From positions 1 to 34,770 of the forward strand of contig JBGTAD010000014.1 of NCBI GenBank assembly GCA_041750055.1: a stretch of 34,770 bases of DNA, read 5' to 3'. The stretch comes from Candidatus Absconditabacterales bacterium. GTDB lineage: Bacteria; Patescibacteriota; Gracilibacteria; Absconditabacterales; Absconditicoccaceae. Below the pieces are notes generated by a model. The model did no database searches. It was not told where the DNA came from and worked only from the letters and a program-made list of their open reading frames with translations. Position 1 is the first letter of the stretch, and each line of letters starts with the position of its first letter. A program made the translations under genes and the position numbers. This document shows, in pieces, positions 1-9,308 of the stretch.

Positions 1-252
1 ACGCTGGCGCAGATCTTGAATACACGTCATGGATATCAGACCTCCGGATGGATCGTAGGTCGTATCCTCACGAGCATGCCACAGCACGAGTGGAATAGCT
101 GTCCACGATGGAGAGTCGTGAGCAAAGAGGGGATCGTGAGCTCACTCAAGCTATGACACAAAGGCCTCGTGCAAGTACAATTATTAGAAAAAGAAGAAAT
201 AGAAATCTGAAACGGATCCATCGATATGAGAGTGTATGGGTGGAAGTGATAG
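1..252 (+). CDS. Alkyltransferase-like (ATL / MGMT DNA-binding domain) protein, C-terminal part; 5' end lies outside the window
   Basis: Frame 1 with UGA=Gly reads ..GYQTSGWIVGRILTSMPQHEWNSCP[CGA]WRVVSKEGIVSSL..LLEKE..YGWKG. This is colinear with E. coli YbaZ/Atl (..ARQVGGVLKRLP..LPWHRVV..G.ISL..). The ATL signature P-W-(H/W)-R-V appears only if CGA 106-108 is Trp. True stop TAG 250-252. Confidence 0.7.
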
Positions 253-327
253 GATATATTCTTTTGTTGAATAGTAGATACAACCTCACTATCAATAGGT
301 CAGATTTTTTATGGTTTTGCATATAAC

Positions 328-1041
328 ATGCTTGGATTGAAGACACCCATTCTTATCAAAAATATCTATGCATATCGTCAAAGTATATTCATTAGTGGTG
401 GGATAGTGGTATGATGATGTCTGATATTGATGCTTTGATCTATCTGGTGGATCAATCGTCAGACAGCTCATAGGATCATTACGGATATTTCACAGTTGTC
501 ATGATCACAGGTAGGACTGGTATTTGGTACTGCTGAATATACTGCCGATGGACGCAAGAATCTATATTTCCTGTATCGTATCCAAGCGGCAGTTGCACTA
601 CGAGAAGCACAAAAAATCTGATACTTTCTCGTGAGTGGTGATAATGGTTCTAAGAATTATGACGAGCCTAGCGCATTCAAACAAGCGTTGGTCAAATGAG
701 GAGTTCCTGAGGATCGTATTGTTTTGGACTATGCTGGATTTAGTACCTTGGATAGTGTCATACGTGCTCAGCAGGTGTTTGGTGTGGAGCAGATGACGTT
801 GATCACTCAGCCAGATCAAGCGCAGAGAGGCTTGATGATTTGTGATACGTATGGTATACAGTGTGATGCTTATGCTGCTCAGGATGTATCTATTGCGATT
901 GCACCCAGAGTGATGATTCGTGAACGATTCGCCAAGGTCAAAGTTATCTTGGATTTGTATGTATGGAACGCACAGCCCCGCTACATCGGAATGCAAGAGC
1001 AAGTTCCTCGGAAACCAGCAAAAGAATCGATTCAACTATGA
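328..1041 (+). CDS. sanA: SanA/YdcF (DUF218) family membrane protein
   Basis: ATG 328. N-terminal TM segment, then ..[74 protein letters not shown]..ITQ.., colinear with E. coli SanA. Four in-frame TGA. The standard-code track shows only the last 105 aa. Confidence 0.8.
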
Positions 1042-1136
1042 CAAGAAGATAACTAAACTCACTCCTTGAAAACAACCTACAACCTCACTATGAACAGGTT
1101 AGATTTTTTATGTTTTTTTATAAGAATCTTCTGATC

Positions 1137-2555
1137 ATGCAACTCCACCTGTATAACACTCTCTCACGTAGCAAAGAGCTTTTCGTTCCTATTAATCCTG
1201 ATCTGGTAACGATTTATAGCTGTGGGCCGACGGTGTATTCTCGTCAGCACGTAGGGAATCTGAGAGCAGCATTCGTCGTAGATCTGCTCAAGAATGTCGT
1301 CAAGCATATCGCATGATATCCGACCAAGCATGTCATGAATATTACTGATGTCTGACATCTCACCGGAGACAACGAAGGCGACGCTGATCACGGAGAAGAT
1401 CGTATGGAAAAAGGCGCACGCAAAGAGGGGATTACAGCTCGAGATGTGGCTGCTAACATTACTCAGATATACATGGAGGATTTACATACGCTGCGTATCG
1501 ATCCTCTCGATGTCATGCCTAGAGCGACCGATCATATACCAGAGCAGATCTCCATGATCCAAGAGCTCGAATCCAAAGGCTATACCTATGCTATCGATGG
1601 AGATGGAGTCTATATGGATACATCCAAGATCAAGGATTACGGCAAACTCTTGTCCGCCAAACATCTCGCAGGACTAGAATCATGAGCAAGGATCAACGAT
1701 GCCGGTAAACGCAACCCTACGGATTTTGCACTCTGGAAATTCAACATCACGGGCAAAAAACGTGATATGGAGCGAGATAGCCCACGATGAGTAGGTTTTC
1801 CTGGGCGACATATCGAATGTAGTGCTATGAGTATGAGATATCTATGAACTCATATCGATATCCATACCTGAGGAATGGAACATATCCCTATCCACCATAC
1901 TAACGAGATCTGTCAGTCTGAGTGTAGTCACGGTCATCAGCCGCGAGTCAACGTTCGAGTACACTATCAGCGACTCATGATGAATGGCAAAAAAATAGCA
2001 AAATCTGACGGTAATTGCGCGTATCTTGACGATGAATTTACTTCCAGAGGTCTCGCCTGAGAAGATCTCAGATATTTTTTCCTCCAGGCACATTACAGAT
2101 CCTTTCAAGACTTCACTCGAGAGGGATTGGAAGCAGCGAAGAAATCCAGACAGAATTTGAAAAAACTCTTTGCTCCGTATCTCGAAGTACAAGCAGCATC
2201 ATCATACCAAGAAGATATTTCGTATCTGACAGAATTACTACTCGATGATCTCAATACGCCTCAGATGATCGCGAGACTCCGAGCAGGCGCAGATGCGCTA
2301 GATACGGCATTAGCGAGTGCCATCAGATGGTTGGATGAACATGTCTTGAAATTGTGATTGTTTGACCTCACCCCAACCCTCTCCTACGAGGAGAGGGGGA
2401 TCTCAGCTGAGATTCAAGATCTCGCTGCTCAGCGTCGACAAGCTAGACTCTCCAAAGATCGAGCCAAAGCTGACGCTCTGAGAGATGAACTCAAAGTACT
2501 AGGCTACGAGATGAATGATGGGAAAGAGGGATATGAGGTGGTGAAGATTTTTTAG
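1137..2555 (+). CDS. cysS: Cysteine--tRNA ligase
   Basis: Five track fragments in frame 3 are joined by TGA. Motifs: CGPTVY, NITDV-G(TGA)-H, SP-W-G.G.PG-W-HIECSAM (Trp positions are CGA), DIHT-G(TGA)-G..H.NE, VNV-W(CGA)-VH, KIAKSDGN (KMSKS). Stop TAG 2553-2555. ATG 1110 is a possible alternative start. Confidence 0.95.
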
Positions 2556-2575
2556 TGTTTTTATCAAATTTAGAT

Positions 2576-3163
2576 ATGACGACTATCATAACATTGAAAA
2601 CACAAGAGGGTATATATATATGATCTGACCTGCAGGTGTCTACAACGACATGATGAAAAACGGTTTCCACTTCTCCAACAGGAAAATTTCTTCACTTATG
2701 AGAATATTTAGTCGGAATCTCATGATGAAAAAAATATCAAAGAGCTCTTTTGACATATAGGTCAAAACTGCCTCCTCGTATTCATACAACTCATAGCGTA
2801 TATGATTTTTATTATTCGATCAAACAAATATTTGCTTGATTAGATTTTCTCCAGGAAGAAAAAGATGGTATCTCTAATTTTTGTGCATTAATTATAACAA
2901 ATAAAGATGTTTATAAACTTTATCATGATGGCGATGTTCAAATAACTGGAGATGATTTGTTGGATAATAATTTTATGACTATATGATCCGGATCTGATTA
3001 CGTAAAATGAGCTTATCATATACTAAAAGATACGAAAAAATCACCAAGAAAAATTGTTGAACAATGTATTCAAACTGCAAATTATTTTGATTTATATAGT
3101 AGTTGAGTATTTTCTATGAATGCTTCGGAATTTTTGGAGGCGAATATAGAACAAAAAACTTAA
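2576..3163 (+). CDS. HslV / proteasome beta-like Ntn-hydrolase (peptidase T1 family), orphan with no HslU nearby
   Basis: 195-aa frame-2 ORF visible only with UGA=Gly (about 13 TGA). Reads MTTIITLKTQEGIYIGSDLQ..VGISGG..ALIITNKDVY..MTIGSGSDYVKGAYHIL. This matches the HslV layout (MTTIVSV..GDGQ..GFAGG..LIITG.GDV..IAIGSGGPYA), including Thr2 as the would-be N-terminal nucleophile. Stop TAA 3161-3163. Confidence 0.7.
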
Positions 3164-3210
3164 TTTGTAATCTAAAATGCATGAATTTTAGAGCTAGAGT
3201 ATATTCTATT

Positions 3211-3289
3211 AGAGATGAGCTGAGGTCTCTGGGATACGAGATGAATGATGGGAAAGAGGGATATGAGGTGGTGAAGATTTTTTGATAAA
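3211..3289 (+). pseudogene. Displaced duplicate of the cysS 3' end (last ~25 codons)
   Basis: 3236-3283 is identical (48/48 nt) to 2506-2553. 3211-3235 is a diverged match to 2481-2505. It encodes ..RDELRSLGYEMNDGKEGYEVVKIF-G(TGA)-TAA, against RDELKVLGYEMNDGKEGYEVVKIF-TAG in the intact gene. No upstream cysS body is attached. Confidence 0.8.
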
Positions 3290-3296
3290 AAAATAA

Positions 3297-3314
3297 CCTC
3301 TTGCGAACAAGAGG
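3297..3314. terminator. GC-rich hairpin between convergent genes (probable bidirectional intrinsic terminator)
   Basis: CCTCTTG-cgaa-CAAGAGG, preceded by an A-run (3287-3294). It lies between the cysS-tail duplicate (+) and the 3322-3660 gene (-). Confidence 0.6.
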
Positions 3315-3321
3315 CGTAGGT

Positions 3322-3660
3322 TTAATGCTTATCGATATATCTATACTGAGGTGTTAGTAGTCCATAATACCATCCTACACTAGGATTAATTTCATGTCCC
3401 AGTATGATATCTCCCACTTTGGGTATTTGGTTCTTGGTACAAGATCTGCCAAACACAACATATCTTTCATTCACCCACATTGCCCAAATATAGGTCTCAA
3501 TAGGTTTGTCGCAGTCAATAACCTCTTGCAAATTTGTGGGTCGTTTGATGTATTCGATACTCGAAACTTTACCACGAATACTCACAGGGCTATCTATACT
3601 GCTTTTTTCTTGTAAGAAAAAGAAAAAAGAAGCCAGCAATACAAATAATATTTTTTTCAT
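3322..3660 (-). CDS. Small secreted hypothetical protein (signal peptide)
   Basis: Uninterrupted 112-aa ORF starting MKKILFVLLASFFFFLQ.. (hydrophobic signal-like N-terminus). ATG 3658-3660, true stop TAA 3322-3324. No homology recognised. Confidence 0.6.
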   Translation of the reverse strand: MKKILFVLLASFFFFLQEKSSIDSPVSIRGKVSSIEYIKRPTNLQEVIDCDKPIETYIWAMWVNERYVVFGRSCTKNQIPKVGDIILGHEINPSVGWYYGLLTPQYRYIDKH

Positions 3661-3743
3661 TTCAGATTTTTTGTTTTACTTTGTGTGTATATACATATTC
3701 AATATTTAAAGTCAATGGAAAATATTGAAATCTGATGATGTTG

Positions 3744-4253
3744 CTATCGTAGTGATTTCCCAATGATGAGGCCATTCAAGATCAAGAAGATCAGATTTCC
3801 TATCCATTCAGCTTGTTTGGGTGAAGACGTGAGTCGTCCCAATCCGTCAATGATCGCATGACGTCGCAAAAACAGGTACAACATCAAGTACGTTCCAGGT
3901 ATGATATGAGCATATCGTGGATAGACACTAATATCTTGTCCAAATAATCAGACGATTTTTTCTAATACTGTCATGATTCGTCCGATGCTGAGTAGTGAGT
4001 TGATCAATAACCGTATCACTTTGTCTACGCCGAAGATGGTCAGATAAAAAACCGTATACACCGATATCGCTATCCCTCCATGTAATGCAGCGAACCAGTA
4101 TTCTGCAGCCCCATAACTGATAAAAAATCCTGACACGCCAAATGCCAACATATGGATCCCAAAGAATGGATAGACAAATCGCTTGGCGCTATTCAAAGGC
4201 GTCGCTTTGCCGTTGATGGTGATTTCTTGAGCTGGTCATAGAGAGCTATTCAT
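3744..4253 (-). CDS. Hypothetical multi-pass membrane protein
   Basis: ATG 4251-4253. The 82-aa track ORF extends in both directions through TGA codons (4236-4238 and 3948-3950). 169 aa with several hydrophobic spans. Stop TAG at 3744-3746. Confidence 0.55.
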
Positions 4254-4374
4254 ATCAATTCGTATAGGAGATGAGGTCAGATTTTCAAGATCTTTTGTCA
4301 AAAGTCTTGCGCTTAGATATATAGTTTAGTAATAAATAGTATCACGATTTTATCAATGATAGTAACGAAACGTA

Positions 4375-5076
4375 ATGAATACTTGATACGAACACTATAT
4401 TCTAGCATTCGGTCCGCATCCTGATGATGTAGAAGTAGGATGTGGATGAGTATTACGACAATCCGCCCAGCAAGGCAAGAAAAATCTGATCGTCGATTGC
4501 TCATTATCTCAGTATTCTACACATGGTGATGGTGTCTCTAGATCTCAAGAAGCCCAACAAGCAGCAAAAATCCTGTGAGTCGATCAAAGAATCAATCTAG
4601 GACTTCATGATACTCAGATCATTGATGATCAAGAACATAGAAAGCTGATCGCTACTCTCATCAGGCGTCATAGACCAGAGATTGTATTGGTCCCATCGAT
4701 GTATGATAGACATCCGGATCATAGTGCTCTACCACATCTGGTCCAGCATGCGTGTTTCTATGCAGGACTTGCCAAGATAGATCTAGACGGATTACCGGTT
4801 CATAGACCCAGGATATTACTCCAATACATGATCCGAGAAGCATTTGATCCAGATATTATCGTAGGGTTGTCAGTCGAATCATTCGATGCTAAGATGTCTG
4901 CATTCCAGTCATTTCATAGCCAAAAACCTACCAATGAGCATGCATTCAACTATCTTAAGTGAAGAGCTACTACGCTAGGATTTGCAATCAGACAGCCCTA
5001 TGGTGAATGATTCAAGACATTCGGAGATGGAGTCGGTGTGATGAGTTTTGATGATCTAGTCACAGGGTATTGGTAG
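4375..5076 (+). CDS. PIG-L / LmbE family N-acetylglucosaminyl deacetylase (BshB-like)
   Basis: Reads MNTGYEHYILAFGPHPDDVEVGCGG..PEIVLVPS..DRHPDH..ACFYAGL... The AHPDD and HPDH metal-binding motifs match the LmbE family. Five in-frame TGA. Stop TAG 5074-5076. Confidence 0.8.
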
Positions 5077-5232
5077 GAATCAAATAGTAGGGACTGGCTT
5101 TTGGCCTGTCCTGAATAGTATTGGATATCCTTTTGGTTTGTCCGAATGTCGAAATGATAGGGACGTCCTCTTTGCATGTCAGTACAGCTAGATATTAAGA
5201 GGGTTCCAGGGCGTCAGCCCTGCCCTATACTT

Positions 5233-5258
5233 GCGGCGAGTGCAACGAGCCGCTTTTT
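5233..5258 (+). terminator. Intrinsic terminator-like hairpin with T-run, downstream of the deacetylase gene
   Basis: GCGGC-gagtgcaacga-GCCGC followed by TTTTT (5254-5258). Confidence 0.45.
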
Positions 5259-5423
5259 CTTCATATGTCTTATCATCAAAGCAAGTGAAACAACAGTCTA
5301 AATAAAGCAGTTTTGTACAACAAGAAAACTCTGCTTGATAAAGCCTGCCTATCCGGGTAGGCAAAGGGATGAAGAGGATTTGTGTTGCTGACTTATTCGC
5401 TATTCGTCATCTAATATTTCCAT

Positions 5424-6437
5424 CTAGGCATAGTAATTAATGCTTTGAATCGTATTCTTTGTTATTGTATCTGCATTCTCGTTATTAATTATATTCCCGT
5501 TTTTGTCTCTGAGTAAGAAGTCATGATCTCAAGAATAATGAATAATTTGATTTCCCTTCTTGCCATGTATTGCTGATAAAGCATCATTATCTACGATATT
5601 ATCATTAATTCCAGCATTGTTGGTAATAGAAGTTGTTGGATGATTTCCAGGAGAAAAAATGAGAACTAGCTCTTCTAGTAGCTTTTTCTTAATATTTGCA
5701 TCAGTTTGATATCCTTCCATATCTTTTAGAAACATCACTGAAATATTCGACAGAATTTGTTTAGATGCATTTTCAGGAATTTCCATGAATTTGTGCTGCT
5801 GAGCGTATTCTCGAGCGGTCAGTGAGTTATCATCTGGAGATGATTGTATGATATGTTCATGCAAATCATTTAACCCGTAATCGTTGAGTGTTCTTGGACG
5901 TAGCATGAGATAATCATGTTTCGTGAGTGCTGATCATCTGGTGATGATTTGTTTGATCTTATTCTGAGGATCTTGTCCCAATAGTTTGATCAATGCAACA
6001 GCAATAATAGCCGCTTGTCCTGATGCACTGTTCATCGCTAGGTGGATGCTGGTGAGATTATTGCTAGGATCGACAGTATATTTGATGAGTTCTCGATACA
6101 GATCTAGTGCGATACTCGTGACGGTTCTGATTTCTGACGTCTGTGAATATACCAGAGCTGTAGCGTCGACTCCTTGAGCAATTGCAATTTGACTAATACT
6201 ATTAACTGCGCCTAGGCCTCATTCAGCTATGACGAGTTTGGATATGTTAGTTGGATTAGAGTTTTTTTTAGGATATGGATAATAGCCACTATTCCTGAAA
6301 TCGTGAGGGATTTTTTCTTGAAAATTTGTGAAAATCTGAATGAGGAAGTGCTGAATGATAGGAAAATTCTGAGCGTTTGTGTGAGTTCTTATTTCATTGA
6401 TGAGAGGCGTAATAAGCTGATCAGTCGTCGATTTCAT
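5424..6437 (-). CDS. Hypothetical protein (337 aa), no family recognised
   Basis: Two track ORFs (6219-6449 and 5529-5906) and the untracked stretch between them join in one frame through TGA codons at 6219-6221, 5934-5936 and 5529-5531. ATG 6435-6437. Stop TAG at 5424-5426. Confidence 0.6.
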
Positions 6438-6498
6438 AGAAAATACCAAAACAGTAAATGAATATTTTGATAAGAAATATATTTACATTTTCAAGCAA

Positions 6499-7758
6499 TT
6501 ATCCTAATTTGTTGATAACTTGTATAAAGTGGGCTGCTCTCTCATGATAATTGGGATATTGATCAAAACTTGCACATCCAGGTGAAAAAAGTATCGTGTT
6601 AGATTTTTTTTCTTTTGCAAGATCATAGGCTTGATGGACTGCTGGCTCGAGAGATTCGCACAGAGTATACGGCACATCAGCTGCTTGGCATAGCTTGGCA
6701 AAGACCGGACTCATATATCCTATCAGACAGGCATGAGCTATATTTTGTTTGAATAGATCCTGCAGATGATCAAATGAATCGCCTTTGTCGCTTCATCCAC
6801 ATATCAGGATGACTGGATGATCAAAGCTCTTCAACGCAGTCTGTAATGATGCAGAATTGGTAGAATTGTTATCGTCATAGATGGTGATCCCATGGAGCGT
6901 TTTGACTGGCTGGAGTCTGTGTTCTAGTGCAGGGATTGAATTAATAGCGTTATCCCATTGGTCTTGAGATAGATGTTGATTGAGCTTGGTCAGGAAGTGT
7001 TCGACGAGTTGGATACTCGATCACAGATTGTACGCATTATGCATACCGATGAATTGGGTCTGTTCTATCTTGTCGTAGGCACGATAGATCTCCAAGAGAC
7101 ATTCTGTCTGCCCGTCGATACTATTTCGCTGGGTGATAATATCTTCATTGGTCAGACATACCTCACGTGTTTGGCTAATGATGCGAGCCTTAGATCTGAA
7201 ATAATCCTCCAAATCATGATGCCAGTTGAGATGATCGGGACTGAAATTGGTCCAAAGAGAATAATCAAAGCTGATATTCTGGAGTTGATACAGCATAAAA
7301 GAGCTTGCTTCGATCACGAAAATATGCTGACGATCAGTCTGAAATGAAGTCATAATATCTGCAAGAGTCTGTCCCAGAGATGTTTTGAAATTGCCGGTAA
7401 TATGTACCGTATGATTGGGTAATAGTGCATCCAGAAGTTTGTAGGTCATCCGTGTCGTGGTGGATTTTCCTTTGGTCCCCGTGATACCGATCTTGATACT
7501 AGACTGTCGTCGCTGATAGTCTTGCATGATCAGTCAGATTCGATTCAATTCTGAATAACACTTGTCCGGATAGCGTTGGTAGACCTCATGTGTCGGTGGG
7601 ACACCAGGACTGACCGCGATCCAGTTTGCTTGGTCAGCGAGTGCTCGATCGATTCATCATTCGTCTTTGTCGTCGACGATATGGGATGCTATTCCTAGAG
7701 CTTTGCAGAGTTGTTGGAGTCATAATCAGACGATGCCTTTGCCGTAGATGAGGAGCAT
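6499..7758 (-). CDS. murD: UDP-N-acetylmuramoylalanine--D-glutamate ligase
   Basis: Reads MLLIYGKGIVGLG..GITGTKGKSTTT..(Mur ligase P-loop)..NFSPDHLNWH..LFSPGCASFDQYPNYHERAAHF. Three track pieces are in one frame. Stop TAA 6499-6501. Confidence 0.9.
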
Positions 7759-7935
7759 GGGAGAATAGTAAATAGTAAATGGTAATTAGTGATTAGAGAA
7801 TGCCGTAGCGAACTCATAGATCCGCTGAAGGGTGCAATGAATGTCAAACGCAGTGAGATCCGCCGTGGCGGAGTGAATGGTGAATGGATTTTTCTTCAAA
7901 ATCACTCATTACTAATCACCAATCACTGTATGATG

Positions 7936-8718
7936 TTATGCTTTCGTGACACTACGAATATGATGATCGACATGTTGTGCGTTTTCCAAGAAGATGAGTG
8001 GGTCTCCAGTCACATAGTAATCTCTGATTCTTTTTTTGGATAGGCATGCAGTGATCTCGGGATGTCTATCCAAATACGATCCAAACTGGATAGCAGCTTC
8101 AACTCCTGGATCGATGATAATTCCTGCAAAAATCTTCTTGAAGTGATCCATATAGATTGGGAAGTGCGTACATCCAAGCACGAGTGCTTCTAGCTGTGGT
8201 GGAAACGCATCAAGATAACGCTGAAGAAGATCTTCTATATCTTGTTCATCTGTTTCGCCGCGTTCGATCATGGTCACGAGTTCTTGAGCCATGACGATAC
8301 TCAGTGTCGTATCAGATTTTCCTCCAAATTTATCAAAAAGATTATGATAAATCCCAGAAAGTACCGTTGCCTGTGTTCATAAAATCCCAATATGAATATA
8401 ATTGCCTGCGATCATTTTTTCTACTCCAGGGATGGATACAGATAGAGTCTTGAGATGAGGAAATTGAGTCTGTCGTTCTTTGATACAGTAGGCAGCGGCA
8501 GTATTACAGGCTATGATAACAATGCTTGCTCCATGGTCAAATAGCCAATGTAGTCATTTGAAGGTGAGTTCTTTGATAGTCTCCGCGTCTTTGATACCAT
8601 ATGGTGCATTGGCTGTATCAGCAAGATACAAATAATCATATTGAGGGTATAATTTTTTGAATTCCTTTGCTGTCTGGATACCTCACAGACCACTGTCAAA
8701 TATTCCTATAGAAGTCAT
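7936..8718 (-). CDS. murI: Glutamate racemase
   Basis: Reads MTSIGIFDSGLGG..YLADTANAPYG..IACNTAAA..LVLGCTHFP..IIDPG. ATG 8716-8718, stop TAA 7936-7938. The N-terminal half is hidden by TGA codons in the standard-code track. Confidence 0.9.
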
Positions 8719-8853
8719 GCTTGTGCTGCGTAACTAAAAATTATACATCATGTGTATATGATTCAACATGTTAGGGTCAAGAATAAACTCTTGATTTATG
8801 TAGCACTTTTGATGATATAGTATCAGATTTACTTTTTCTTATCTCAAATACAT

Positions 8854-9264
8854 ATGCGTCCCTCTCTCAAACATATACTCGCTATTGATCGATGAAGCAA
8901 GATTGTCTGATTGGCTCGCGCTCAAATTGGATCTAATGTTGTGTTTCCCATTGGATACCTAGATAATGATAAAATGCTGTATTATTATATTTCTGATTTG
9001 ATCACGAGATATCGCGTCAATACTATTGCTTTAGGATATCCTAGCAAACAAAAAGACATTCAAGAAAAAATCAATGATTTCATGAAAGCGTTGTCATATA
9101 TCATCGAACACGAAAAAATTACGATTGAACTCGTTGATGAAGATTATACTAGTGTCCAAGCAGGAGAGATTATGTCCAATTTTAGAAAAAATGCAGCGGA
9201 AGACACCATCGCTGCAATGTTGATTCTAGAGAGATATTTGGAAGAGAAGAACCATCAGCAATAA
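8854..9264 (+). CDS. ruvX: Holliday-junction resolvase-like / pre-16S rRNA nuclease YqgF
   Basis: Reads MRPSLKHILAID-[CGA]-G(TGA)-SKIVG(TGA)LA... This is the YqgF motif D-(Y/F/W)-G-.K..G.A. The C-terminus has ..DEDYTS..A......AAEDTIAAMLILERYL. Confidence 0.85.
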
Positions 9265-9308
9265 TACATTAAGACGGATCTCAGTAGTCGTATAAACATC
9301 AGGATTCT

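Noticed and set aside
247-252. TGA immediately before the true stop (atl 247-252, alr 20869-20874, cysS-tail copy 3284-3289) as fossil ancestral UGA stops
   Set aside because: Three cases among about 34 genes is not clearly above what is expected from ordinary use of UGA as a Gly codon, so it cannot be distinguished from chance here.
598-1035. 145-aa minus-strand track ORF
   Set aside because: It is antisense to the well-supported sanA-like gene and has no recognisable features.
1353-1871. UGA=Trp (table 4, Mollicutes-like) as the alternative code
   Set aside because: The TGA positions align with invariant Gly (D-V-G-H, H-T-G-G, CPCALGLATP, G|FTLxE), not Trp. The conserved Trp positions are instead TGG or CGA/CGG.
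2556-3210. Integron-type gene cassette or prophage remnant as the origin of the HslV-like insertion
   Set aside because: No attC-like imperfect palindrome, integrase or phage genes are visible. Only the duplicated target end is observable.
5077-5423. RNase P RNA on the minus strand (ATAGGGCAGGG...GCCCTGG resemblance)
   Set aside because: Only one short block matches. The P4 strands (GAGGAAAGUCC and ACAGAA..GGCUUA) and the GGGUGAAA block are not recognisable. The region is adequately explained as two converging 3' UTRs with terminators.
6973-7347. 124-aa plus-strand track ORF
   Set aside because: It is antisense to murD and has no motifs.
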